Shown here in pieces: positions 25,701 through 37,282 of a stretch of DNA of 64,000 nt. The stretch's first letter is position 1, and each line of letters starts with the position of its first letter. Source of the stretch: Mustelus asterias (lineage: Eukaryota); contig NC_135803.1 of NCBI RefSeq assembly GCF_964213995.1, positions 37,510,001-37,574,000 on the forward strand, read 5' to 3'. Position numbers and translations under genes: made by a program. The notes below the pieces were generated by a model. It was not told the origin of the DNA. It made no database searches and saw nothing but the letters and a program-made list of their open reading frames with translations.

Positions 25701-26431
25701 TAGGAGTTGCGTTACAGCAGAAATTATTCTATTCCCAATGTGTTTTAATGGTTTTTGTTTTCTCTCCAGTGTTATTAATTTGAATTTGTGTTTAATTTAG
25801 AAATGCATAATTGTTTTTCTGATTACGGCAGTGGCTAATTATGAAATGCATGCTGGGGATCACCATGCTGTTATATTCAAATATTGAAACTTCTCGAAGA
25901 AGCTTTGACTGTCTTGTTGAAAGCTTTAAGTGTGAAGCCAGTGTTAACTGACAGCAACTTTGAAGTTGTTTCAGACAGTTTCCTGTTAAATGTGGTACAC
26001 AGCGAATATCGTTGTAAGAAGTGCTTTCACGTAACTGAGACTGGAGCTAATCTAAAAGCATCACATAGTGTAATGAGCAATTTTGAATTCTGGCACCTTT
26101 AGCTGTACCACCCTTCAGATTTTGTTTCAACTCATTAGACACGATTGTTTTGTACTGCACACGGCACCTTGGAGCTTCGGAGAAAGATGGAAGAAAAGTG
26201 CTGTGTGCTGGAATAGTTTATGGTGCCCAAAATTGCTGTTGTCTAGTATAAACTTTAACAATAGTGTTAACAATGTGACGACAAAACTGGAATAGTAGCT
26301 ACTGTACTTGTTAGCCATGCAGTTCACTTGGAATCCATATCAAAGTGTGTGTAATTTGGGTCCTGAGCAGTGTTTGGAATATGAGCATTGAAGCTGGAAG
26401 TCACTTATTAGTGATAATAGAAACATTCAAT

Positions 26432-26721
26432 TAAAGTTAAAGTTTATTTATTTATTAGTCACAAGTGAGGCTTACATTAACACTACAATGAAGTTACTGT
26501 GAAATTCCCTAGTCCCCACACTCCGGCGCCTGTTCGGCTCAATGCACCTAACCAGCACATCTTTCAGACTGTGGGAGAAAACCGGAGCACCCAGAGGAAA
26601 TCCAGGCAGACATGGGGAGAATGTGCAAACTCCACACAGACAGTGATTCAAGCCGGCAGTCGAACCCGGGTCCCTGGCACTGTGAGGCAGCAGTGCTAAC
26701 CACTGTGCTACCGTGCCGCCC
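26432..26721 (-). mobile_element. SINE, tail B
   Basis: Same family as 2421. Confidence 0.85.
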
Positions 26722-26825
26722 TATGCTAAGCCATTCAATTAAACGTTTGCTGTAGATCTGGTAACATAGGAAAGCACTTGATTTGGTTAGTAAAGCTGGA
26801 GGAGCAAATTAGAAAATGAAATTGT

Positions 26826-27107
26826 AAGTTTATTTATGAGGGTCACAAGTAGACTTACATTAACACTGCAATGAAGTTATTGTGCAAAAGGCCCTAGTCG
26901 CCACACTCCAGCACCTGTTCGGGTACACTAAGGGAGAATTTATCATGGCCAATGCACCCAACAAGCATTTCAGACTGTGGGAAGAAACCGGAGCACCCAG
27001 AGGAAGCCCATGCAGACAGGGGGAGAACGTGCAGACTCGGCACCAACGAACAAGCCAGGAATTGAACCTGGCTCCCTGGCATTGTGATGCAGCAGTGCTA
27101 ACCACAG
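26826..27107 (-). mobile_element. SINE, tail B, within a segment duplicated with 2373-2745
   Basis: Same family as 2421; shares both flanks with that copy. Confidence 0.8.
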
Positions 27108-27949
27108 TAAGTGGGAGGATAGTGTACATACTGTGATTTTTGTTTTGGAACTGAGATACTCAAATTGGATTTCCGGAGATATACTTGTAACTTCCACAAT
27201 ATGCTGTATTCCTCATTCCCTTTTTGTTTTCCGGATTAGTTGCTGGTGGGATAGAAGGAAATATTAATCTCTCAATTGGTTTATTAATTCCTTCAATTCC
27301 ATCACTATTAATCTTTCGCTTGGTGCCAATTTAAGAGGTAATAAACTGCATCATTTGTTCAGATATTCTGCATTTTCTGCTGAATAAAAGATGCAAAATT
27401 TCCTCATAAATTAGTTTTATTTAACAAAATCTGATGTAAATAGCAGTAGATAACTTGATTTAGAACCAACTAAATTGCTAAATGACTGATGGTGCTTGAG
27501 TGGCATTATTTTGCTATAAAACTTGAAGATTAATGGTGTCTCTACCTTGAAGAAATACTTGAGTTTTTTTTTTACTACCTTGTTCTAAGAAATCTTAAAC
27601 GTTAATTAAGGAATAAAATATGTTTTAGTAACCAGGCATGTTCTGATGTTCCTTGACTGATATTTTTATATGAATTCTTATTGAGCTTGTGTAGTAAGCA
27701 TGGATTGTAACCAGTAATGGCAGTGTTTTCTTTTCAAAAATAAAATTGATTTATGTTGTCATTTTGTGAGCAAAACCTAATGTTAGAATCTTATTGGTCT
27801 ACACTACAATAGAATAATTGACTATGTATTGTAAGCATATGACAACATATCGTTTTTTTGTGATGTTGAACTTAAAAAAAGTATTTTACATTGTTTTAAA
27901 ATATCATTGTGTAAGTAATTTTCTGTTGCATTCATCCTTATCGGGTATC

Positions 27950-28222
27950 GGCATGGTGACATAGTGGTTAGCACTGCTGTCTCACAGCGCCAGGGACCCG
28001 TGTTCGATTCCTGCCTTGGGTGATAGTGTGGAGTTTGCCCATTCTCCCGTGTCTGTGTGGTTTTCATCTGGGTAGTCTGGTAGATTGGTCTTACTAATTG
28101 CCCCTTAGTGACCAAAGATGTGTAAGTTAGGGGAGGTGGGTCTAGGTGAGATGCTCTTTCAGAGAATTGGTGCAGACTTGATGGGCCAAATGGCCTCCTT
28201 CCGCACTGTGGGGATTCTATAA
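27950..28222 (+). mobile_element. SINE, tail A, internally deleted
   Basis: tRNA head plus GGGCCAAATGGCCT tail. Confidence 0.75.
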
Positions 28223-29940
28223 TTCTATAACTATATTGCTGATGTGTAATGTTTTTAAAATATGATTTGAATGTGAATTGGCATGGTAATATCCTGTACA
28301 AAATGGAGCCAGAACCAATACAGTACAATACAAGGCTAAGCAAATCCAATATTCTACAGTCACTTTGTGTTTTGTATGGGTGTTATAGCAGCAGGCTGCT
28401 CTGTTAATATTCATTAAAACGGATAGGAAAACTATTGAACCTTAGGAGGAAGAATGACTACCATGTGACATTGAGCTGAAAGTGCGCTTTAGCAGAGAGT
28501 ACATATTATAAATGCTGCAATTCTTCAAGAGTAACAGTTACATTTTCCAGATAATGCCATTTGTATATTTGAAATCCATCCTAATGAGCTTGTATATTCT
28601 CCCTCACTGATATGTATAAAAATAATGTAACAAACAGCATTTTTAACCAGCAAAATAGTTGTAGTTATTTTAAAGCTTCTGAAGGTGAAGAACTGATTCT
28701 GAGAGTATTGCAATAATTATTACTACTTTGACAGAACAAACTAACACTTTTTTTGTACCTGTTGTTGAATGGTTTACTTCAGTTAGGGTAAATATTAATA
28801 TCTGATCTCAAAATCGATTAGTTTTTAAATACATTTTTGGGGTTTAAAAGATGGAATTTAATTGTCTAATTTTTCATAGCCCAATGTTTCTAACAAAGAA
28901 AATTACAGCACAGGAACAGGCCCTTCGGCCCTCCAAGCCTGCACCTGCCTGAATTAACTAAAACCCCCTACGCTTCCGGGGACCATATCCCTCTATTCCC
29001 ATCTCAGTCATGTACTTGTCAAGACGCCCCTTAAAAGTCACTACTGTATCCGCTTCCATTACCTCCCCCGGCAATGAGTTCCAGGCACCCACCACTCTCT
29101 GTAAAAAATCTGCCTCGTACATCTCTTTTAAAACTTGCCCTCGCACCTTCAACCTATGCCCCCTAGTAATTGACTCTTCCACCCTGGGGAAAAGCTTCTG
29201 ACTATCCACTCTGTCCATGCCTCTCATAATCTTGTAGACTTCTATCAGGTCTCCCCTCAACCTCCATCGCACCAGTGAGAACAAACCAAGTTTCTCCAAC
29301 CTCTCCTCATAGCTAATGCCCTCCATACCAGGCAACATCCTGGTAAATCTTTTCTGTACCCTCTCCAAAGCCTCCACATCCTTCTGGTAATGTGGCGACC
29401 AGAATTGAACACTATATTCCAAGTGCAGCCTCACTAAGGTTCTATAAAGCGTCAACATGACTTGCCAATTTTTAAACTCAATACCCCAGCCGATGAAGAC
29501 AAGCATGCCATATGCCTTCTTGACTACCTTCTCCACCTGCATTGCCACTTCCAGTGACCTGTGTACCTGTACACCCAGATCCCTTTGCCTATCAATACTC
29601 TTAAGGGTTCTGCCTTTACTGTATATTTCCTATCTGTATTAGACCTTCCAAAATGCATTACCTCACATTTGTCCGGATTAAACTCCATCTGCCATATCTC
29701 CGCCCAAGTCTCCAACTGATCTATATCCTGCTGTATCCTCTGATGGTCCTCATCGCTATCTGCAAATCGGCCAACCTTTGTTTCGTCCGCAAACTTACTA
29801 ATCAATCCAGTTACATTTTCCTCCAAATCATTTAAACAGCAAAGGCCCCAGCACTGATCCCTGAGGAACGCCACTTGTCATATATGGCCCTCCATTCAGA
29901 AATGCACCCTTCCACTGCTACCCTCTGTCTTCTTTGACTG

Positions 29941-30480
29941 AGTAAGAAGTCTCACAACACCAGGTTAAAGTCCAACAGGTTTATTTGGTAGCAAATACCA
30001 TAAGCTTTCGGAGAAATGCTCCTTCGTCAGATGGAGTGGTCTCTGTTCTCAAACAGGGCACAGACACAGAAATCAAATTACAGAATACTGATTAGAATGC
30101 AAATCTCTACAGCCAGCCAGGTCTTAAATGCACAGACAATGTGGGTGGAGGGAGCATTCAACACAGGTTAAAGAGATGTGTATTGTCTCCAGACAGTACA
30201 GCTTGTGAAATTGTGCAAGTCCAGGAGTCAAGCTGTGGGGGTTACTGATAATGTGACATAAATCCAACATCCCGGTTTAGACCGTCCTCATGTGTGCGGA
30301 ACTTGGCTATCAGTTTCTGCTCAGTGACTCTGCGCTGTCGTGTGTCGTGAAGGCCGCCTTGGAGAACGCTTACCTGAAGATCCAAGGCTGAATGCCCGTG
30401 ACTGCTGAAGTGCTCCCCCACAGGAAGAGAACAGTCTTGCCTGGTCAAGTCCTCAAGAACAGTCAAGCCTTGCAAAGTCT
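29941..30480 (-). mobile_element. Penelope-like element 3' fragment (GIY-YIG C-terminus, terminal repeat)
   Basis: PVGEHFSSHGH..EQKLIAKFRTHEDGLNRD; TGTCTTCTTTGACTG duplicated at 29926 and 30481. Confidence 0.88.
29998..30034 (-). ncRNA. Minimal type I hammerhead ribozyme motif (PLE-encoded)
   Basis: Minus strand reads CCAU-CUGACGA-A-GGAG(CAUUU)CUCC-GAAA-GCU-U-AUGG. Confidence 0.7.
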
Positions 30481-30774
30481 TGTCTTCTTTGACTGAGCCA
30501 GTTTTGTATCCACCTTGCCAGCTCACCTCTGATCCCATGCGACTTCACCTTCTGCACCAGTCTGCCATGAGGGACCTTCATACCCTTTCTATCCTTCATA
30601 CAATATCTGGTCCATGATTATTGGAGAAATGTGACCAGATAATTAACTTAAGTTCACTGCCGTGCGACAGAGTTTTAACATAGGTTGTTGTGCAACAGGC
30701 ACACAGGAATCATTGCACTTGGATGGAACTGGAATGAAGGTAGTGATTTGGAACTTAAATGTATTCTGTGTCAT

Positions 30775-31070
30775 AAAATCCTGCAGTGCAGGAGGAGGCC
30801 ATTTGGCCCATCGAGTCTGTACCGACCACAATCCCACCCAGGCCCTATCCCCATATATTTACCCTAGCTGGTCCCCCTGGCACTAAGGGGCAATTTAGCA
30901 TGGCCAATCCATCTAATCCACACATCTTTGAACTGTGGGAGGAAACCGGGGCACTCGAAGGAAACCCACGCAGACACGGGGAGAATGTGCAAACTCCACA
31001 CAGACAGTGACTCAAGCCAGGAATTGAACCTGGGCTGTGAGGTAGCAGTGCTAACCACTGTGCCACCGTG
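30775..31070 (-). mobile_element. SINE, tail A
   Basis: Reverse complement of the 11062 family. Confidence 0.85.
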
Positions 31071-31584
31071 TCTGCACTGACAGTGATACAAATTCTTTAT
31101 TTTTTGCAGAAATACCACAATAAAGCTTCATTATCCACATCTGGACACTTTAATCAGTGTATTGAGGCATTTACACAAATTCATTCTTAAAGCCATTTTG
31201 TATAGCTATCAATTTACAAATTGTTTTGGTATAGAATACACAATGCACTATTCTGTATCTGAAACTTATTTTACAAGTTTATTGAAATATTTATACAGTG
31301 TGATAGTTTAATTCGTTTTATTTAATGAGCAAATATGTGAAAATGCTGTTGTGTTCTTATTGCTGTTATGAACAAAACATTAGGGTTACCTGCCTCTGAT
31401 TATTTTTGTCTCAAGTATTTTTCCTTTGTAGACAAGTAAGAGCTCATACATGCGTCCTGCTTGTCCTAGCTCCTGTCCACTCTTTATCCCTCTTTTTTCT
31501 CAAATTTATTTCCTGTTTCTCACTTTTGCTTTCTCACGTACTTGCTGTTTCTTTCCCCTGCTTACTATTCTCGCTCTTTCCTAT

Positions 31585-32037
31585 CAACATAGAACACAGA
31601 ACAGTACAGCACAGAACAGGCCCTTCGGCCCACGATGTTGTGCCGAGCTTTATCTGAAACCAAGATCAAGCTATCCCACTCCCTATCATGCTGGTGTGCT
31701 CCATGTGCCTATCCAATAACCGCTTAAATGTTCCTAAAGTGTCTGACTCCACTATCACTGCAGGCAGTCCATTCCACACCCCAACCACTCTCTGCGTAAA
31801 GAACCTACCTCTGATATCCTTCCTATATCTCCCACCATGAACCCTATAGTTATGCCCCCTTGTAATAGCTCCAACCACCCGAGGAAATAGTCTTTGAACG
31901 TTCACTCTATCTATCCCCTTCATCATTTTATAGACCTCTATTAAGTCTCCCCTCAACCTCCTCCGCTCCAGAGAGAACAGCCCTAGCTCCCCCAACCTTT
32001 CCTCAAAGACCTACCCTCCAAACCAGGCAGCATCCTA
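31585..32037 (-). mobile_element. CR1 LINE 3' end
   Basis: LGLFSLERRRLRGDLIEVYK...WNGLP plus 3' UTR. Confidence 0.9.
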
Positions 32038-32424
32038 GACTTTCCATTTTGCTGCTGCTCTCGCCTGTCTGCTCCTTCTCACTTATCTTTCTCTCTCAGC
32101 CAATCCATTCTTTTTTACTGTGCTTTTTCTCTCTTTTGCTCACCCACTATTAATTATACATTAATAAGTGGTGGTGATCATTAACTGGGAATTTACTTGT
32201 GGTCTGATAAATAGACACAGACTGAAACTGTGATAACAAGTACATTCGAGTTAGGAGGTGTGAACTTGAAATGTGTGACTCTGCAAATAAATATGAAAAT
32301 GTGTGAAGATTAGTTCTGATTCTATCTTTCACCAATTGGCTTTCTGGCATATAATGTGGTAGCAGAGGATGGTGGCTTAAAGATGAAGGTTGGAAACTAC
32401 GAAAATACATATTCAGATGGAAAA

Positions 32425-33454
32425 CTGCAATTTTCCGGGCCCGCTAGCTGCAATCGTGAATTACAGTGGGCGGGAGAATAACGGCGGGCGCCAAAGCCAG
32501 CGCTATGCTCCTGGCCTCGCCTGCTGTCCGTGATTGGGTTCACAGCCAGAGCAAGCGGAACCCAATAAACATTCAGATGGCCTCTTTACCAATTAGCAGG
32601 TTTGGGGGCCGATTCAACGGCCTTCTGTTATGCAGCTGCCTCGCCAGCTGGATCAGCACTGAGCAGATTTCACTACAGGTCTTCACAATCGTGGACCTGG
32701 CGTGTTTACCCCAAGGATCCGGGGGGGCACCACCAACCCCTCAGCAAAGAGGGGTGTTCTTCACCCCTCTTCCTCCCCCACACCACACAGATGGAGGGTG
32801 ACCTCTTCCGCCCACTGAGGTCCCCTTCACCCTCAGACCCCCCACTCAGGCTCCCTTCCCCACTCAGACACAAACAGTTCTCACTTCCTCTTTTACAAAG
32901 CAGAAACCACAGACTTAGCTTGCGGTGAGCATCAGTGAAACCACTTCAGATGCATTCACATCTCAGACTGTCACTGAAGGCTTTTTGAAATTGATAAAAT
33001 CCTTTTTCTTGACTGTGGCCTGAAAGTGGGTGGGTGGGGGGTCTGAGGGGGAAGGTAAATCTGAGTGGGGGTCTGAGAGAAGAGTTGAGTCTGAGGGGGT
33101 GGTTTAGGTTGAGTTACCTTCATGTCTGCGTGGTTTGTAGGGGGAAGGGGGTTTATTTGTGGGTGGGGGTGTGGTGGTGCTCCCCTGGTAAGTGGGGGGG
33201 CAGGGGGGCACCATTTCATTTTTTTCGGGGGGAAGGTGGGCCAGTAGGCAATCGCGGAAATCAGGGCACCATTTAAAATTGGCAACCCGGTCTCGGAACT
33301 GCGGGGCTGGCCGGTAGGTTATCTGCAGTGCATAAATTGGCATCCATCAGGTGGGAAGAATCCCAGTTGATAGACGCTGCTATCGCCAGTGGGAATCCCT
33401 CCAGGTTTCCCCCTGGTTTGGGGCACTATTTCCCAATTTGAGAGAATCATTGCC
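32425..33454 (+). mobile_element. About 1-kb non-autonomous TIR-bounded element, copy 2
   Basis: Colinear with 9740-10793. Confidence 0.7.
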
Positions 33455-34261
33455 TCTGTCTTGAGTGAGATACCTATGCTCTTGAGGAAAGTTAGCCTGA
33501 AACAGGTGCAACTGGAACTTGACGTGTAACAAGAGATGTTATTTTAAAATATTTTTGGGGACTATTGTGGTTATTCCGTGAAGAATTGTGGGCCTGTACA
33601 CAAAATAATTTATCTGCTTGGATTTCAGACATAAAAAGGAGTGTAGGTGCTTAAGGCATGCATTTGAAGCTAGTATGGTATGGCCAAATGAATTTTCCGT
33701 AAGTAATCCAACAGTGGGGAGAGATTTGCATCAGGAGAAAAGTAAGGGTTTGGATTTGCAGCTGTTACATTTCAAAGGGGAGTAAAATGTTTTACAACTC
33801 GGAAAAGTTCATAAAAAATAAGGAAAGGTTATTCAATTTTATTTGACCCAAAAGTAGGGGCAAGAGGGAGAACATGAAAGATTTTTATCTTTTGGGAAAG
33901 TTTAATTTCAAAGAGGAGCTAAGGACAATGAAATCAAAGATGAAGGAGAAAAAATATAATTAAGGCGAACTGTTCAACTGTGTTAGGGGTGAATATGTGA
34001 GCTCTCCTGGGTATAGCTTTGTGTAGGGAATAGAGCTGTAAAAAGACAAAGTTTGATGCAGCCAAGCCAGGAAAGTGTCTGTTTTTTAGAAAGCAATGTT
34101 TTGTGTTGAGGTTTCTTGAATTCCACAGCAGAGTGGAAGGAATATGAGAGGTCCTGTCATATCCCTTTGCCATGATGTGGAGATGCCGGCGTTGGACTGG
34201 GGTAAGCACAGTAAGAAGTCTCTCAACGCCAGGTTAAAATCCCAACAGGTTTATTTGGCAG

Positions 34262-34296
34262 CACAAGCTTTCGGAGCACTGCCCCTTCATCAGGTG
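34262..34296 (-). ncRNA. Minimal hammerhead ribozyme motif
   Basis: CAC-CUGAUGA-A-GGGGC(AGU)GCUCC-GAAA-GCU-U-GUG. Confidence 0.7.
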
Positions 34297-34654
34297 AGTG
34301 GGAGTTGTGTTCACAAACAGGGCATATATAGACACAAACTCAATTTACAAGATAATGGTTGGAATGCGAGTTTTTACAGGTAATCAAGTCTTAAAGGTAC
34401 AGACAATGTGAGTGGAGAGAGGGCCAATCATGTCACACTATGTCACCCCCTCGACTTGCCTGGGCTTGCAAAATCTCACTAACTGTCCTGGCTGGAGACA
34501 ATACACATCTCTTTAACTTGTGCTTGGCTCTCTCTCCACTCACATTGTTTGTACCTTTAAGACTTGATTACCCGTAAAGACTCGCATTCCAACCATTATC
34601 TTGTAAATTGAGTTTGTGTCTGTATATGACCTGTTTGTGAACACAACTCCCACT

Positions 34655-34689
34655 CACCTGATGAAGGGGCAGTGCTCCGAAAGTTTGTG
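34655..34689 (+). ncRNA. Minimal hammerhead ribozyme motif (stem III C>U variant)
   Basis: CAC-CUGAUGA-A-GGGGC(AGU)GCUCC-GAAA-GUU-U-GUG. Confidence 0.6.
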
Positions 34690-35799
34690 CTGCCAAATAA
34701 ACCTGTTGGACTTTAACCTGGTGTTGTGAGACTTCTTACTGCATATACCTTTGCTACTGCAACAGCGGGTTTGCCTTGTGGTAACATTACTGGAATGTTG
34801 ATGTTAAATATAAGGGAATGTTGCCAAGAGGGTGTTTGCCTGTGTGTCTAACCAAATCAGGCTCTTTTGAGGGATGTACCATGAAGCAAATTTTAATCAT
34901 GCAAATGTAGTCTTGTGTGCTGAAGTTTTAGTTTATTTTGTTAATAAGTATTTTAATCTAATGATTATAATCCCGAAATTGTGGTTTCTGAATTCACTAG
35001 ATTATTTTTCTCATTGTCAGAATACAAAAAAAGGGTTGTGATACATGGGCCGAGTTTCCTTTGGGATTTGCTTTGCCCAGCAGTTAACATCTGCTGGATC
35101 ATAACACATGGCGTATGATGAGGCAGTTATTTTTAGAAAATCTGCAGTTTACTCAGTCAGGACGTTATTTTAGCCCGTTAATCTGATGTCTAACACTGAC
35201 GTGAAACAGTAAGAACAGAAGAACCTTTGGACATAGGAGCAGGCCATTTGCCATTTAATAGATCATGGCTGATCTGATTGTGGCCTGAACTCCACTCTCC
35301 TGCCTGCCCTTGATGTCTTTGTAGGCAAATATCAGGTGATAGGAAAAGAAGCAAATACAGAAAATGCTGGAAAAGCTCAGCAGGACTTACAGCACCTGTG
35401 GAGAGAGAACAGAGCTAGCGTCCCGAGTCTGGATAACCTTTCACCAAAGTTGAAGACAATTGAAAATAGAGTGGTATTTATGAAATATTAGATATTGATA
35501 CAAACAACTGGGAAACTGTCGTCAACGGCCATGACCCTGGAATGGGTTTTGGAAAAGGTGAGCAGAAATGGAAAGCTCAGCTGGCCAAAAAGAGAACCCA
35601 GAGAAACCCGGAGGCGAGCAAATCCTGCACCTACTCAGCCCATTGTCTTCATTTGCAGCAAATACAGCAAGGACTACCATGCCAAGTGAGGCCCTTGAGC
35701 CAACCAGGCGATGTTTACCTCCAAGGCGCACATGATCTTTTGAAGACTGCTGAAGACGTGGGGCTGTGAAATCTGTAGAATTTATTTACAGAGGTGTGC

Positions 35800-36685
35800 C
35801 GTCACGTCCTATTGTAAGCCTTGTTCTCTCGGCGTGTTTGGGGGCTGCAGCGTGGATGAACAAACTGATCTTGGTGCCATGGTGCAGGAAGCCATTCAGG
35901 TTGTGGAAGCAAAAAGGAATGTGATGGTAGTGGGGGCGATATAGTGAGCGGGATTGACACTGTTCTCTGCAGCAAAGAGTGTGAGTTCAGGTGGCTGTGT
36001 TTCCTGCCTGTTGCCAGGATTCAGGGCATATGCTCAGGGTTGCAGAGGAGCTTGCAGTGGGAGGGGGTGATCCAGTTGTCGTGGTTCATGTAGGTACCAA
36101 TGACTTGGGCAGAGCGAGGAAAGAGATTCTCCACAGAGAGTAGGAGGAGCTGGGCACCAAGTTGAAGAGCAGGACCTCAGAGGTTATAATCTCTGAATCA
36201 TGACCTGAATCACGTGCAAATTAGTATAGGTTACATAAAATTTGAAAGGTGAATATGTGGCTCAAAGACTGGAGAGGGAGAAGTGAGTTCTGGTTTGTGG
36301 GTCACTGGCACCAGTACTGGAGAAAGTGGAGGCAGGTCTCAATGGGATGGTCTACACCAGAACCATGCTGGGACCAGTGTTCTGGTGAACCACATAACCA
36401 GGGAAATAGAGAGGGTTTCAAACTAAATAGTGGGGGCAAGGGATCAGATGTAGAAAGATGTGGTATATCCAAGAGTAGAGATCAGAGGAGAGGAAAATAG
36501 TAATGGGGAAAAGAGGATTGGAGAATGGCAGGAAGGGAGAGAGAGAAAAAAACTAAGAATGCACAAAGAATCAAGACTAGATGTTACAAATAACGCAAAA
36601 AGACTAAACTAAAGGCTCTGTTCGAATGTGCATAGCATTCATAACAAAGTGCACAAATTGAGAGCACACATTGAAATAAATACAG
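35800..36685 (+). mobile_element. Degenerate CR1 LINE ORF1 (SGNH esterase-like) region
   Basis: GTGGTTCATGTAGGTACCAATGAC = VVHVGTND; VVVGD-S-like and NMWLKDW remnants. Confidence 0.65.
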
Positions 36686-36689
36686 TCAG

Positions 36690-37280
36690 GAAGAAGTTGT
36701 CCTAGAAATTCCCAACATTGACTCTGGACCCCATGAAGTCTCATGGCACCAGGTCAAACATGGGTAAGGAAGCCTCCTGCTGATTACCACGTACTGACCC
36801 CCCTCAGCTGATGAATCCGTACTCTTCCATGTTGAACACTACTTGGAGGAAGTACTGAGAATGGCAAGGACGCAGAATGTACTCTGGGTGGGGGACTTCA
36901 ATGTCCAGATAGAGCTGGCCTCGTGCTAAAGGACATAGCTGCGAGAACCAACAAGAGGGAAAAAAATTCTTGATCTTATCCTCACGAACCTGCCTGCCGC
37001 AGATTCACCTCTCCATGACCGTATCAGTCCGAGTGACCACTGCACAGTCCTTGTGGAAACACAGCTCTCTCTTCAGGTTGAGGATACCCTTCATCCTGCT
37101 GTGTGACGCTACACTGTGCTAAATGAGATAGACTTTGAACAGATCTAACAACTCAAGATTGGGCATTCATGAGGCTCTGTGGGCCATCAGCAGCAGAATA
37201 ATTGTACTCAACCGCAATCTGCAACTTCATGGCCCGGCATATCCCCCAATCTACCATTACCACCAAGCCAGGGGATCAAC
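36690..37280 (+). mobile_element. Second LINE family, endonuclease-region remnant
   Basis: WVGDFNV, LDLILTN and SDH motifs; homologous to the reverse complement of 15560-15870. Confidence 0.7.
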
Positions 37281-37282
37281 TC

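Larger units (their letters stand above)
28893..30578 (-). mobile_element. CR1/HER1-type LINE RT-3' fragment, interrupted by a PLE
   Basis: ISKFADETKVG, WQMEFNPDKC, LVRLHLEYSVQFWSP, RLRGDLIEVYK. Confidence 0.9.
34167..34741. mobile_element. Penelope-like element termini in inverted (head-to-head) arrangement
   Basis: Arms of about 220 bp (34209-34427 and 34525-34741) are reverse complements; the left arm carries about 40 nt of extra tail. Confidence 0.88.
33525..35106 (+). mobile_element. Probable solo Gypsy-type LTR, interrupted by a PLE
   Basis: TG...CA ends; both ends homologous to the reverse complement of 51224-52613; no clean TSD. Confidence 0.55.
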
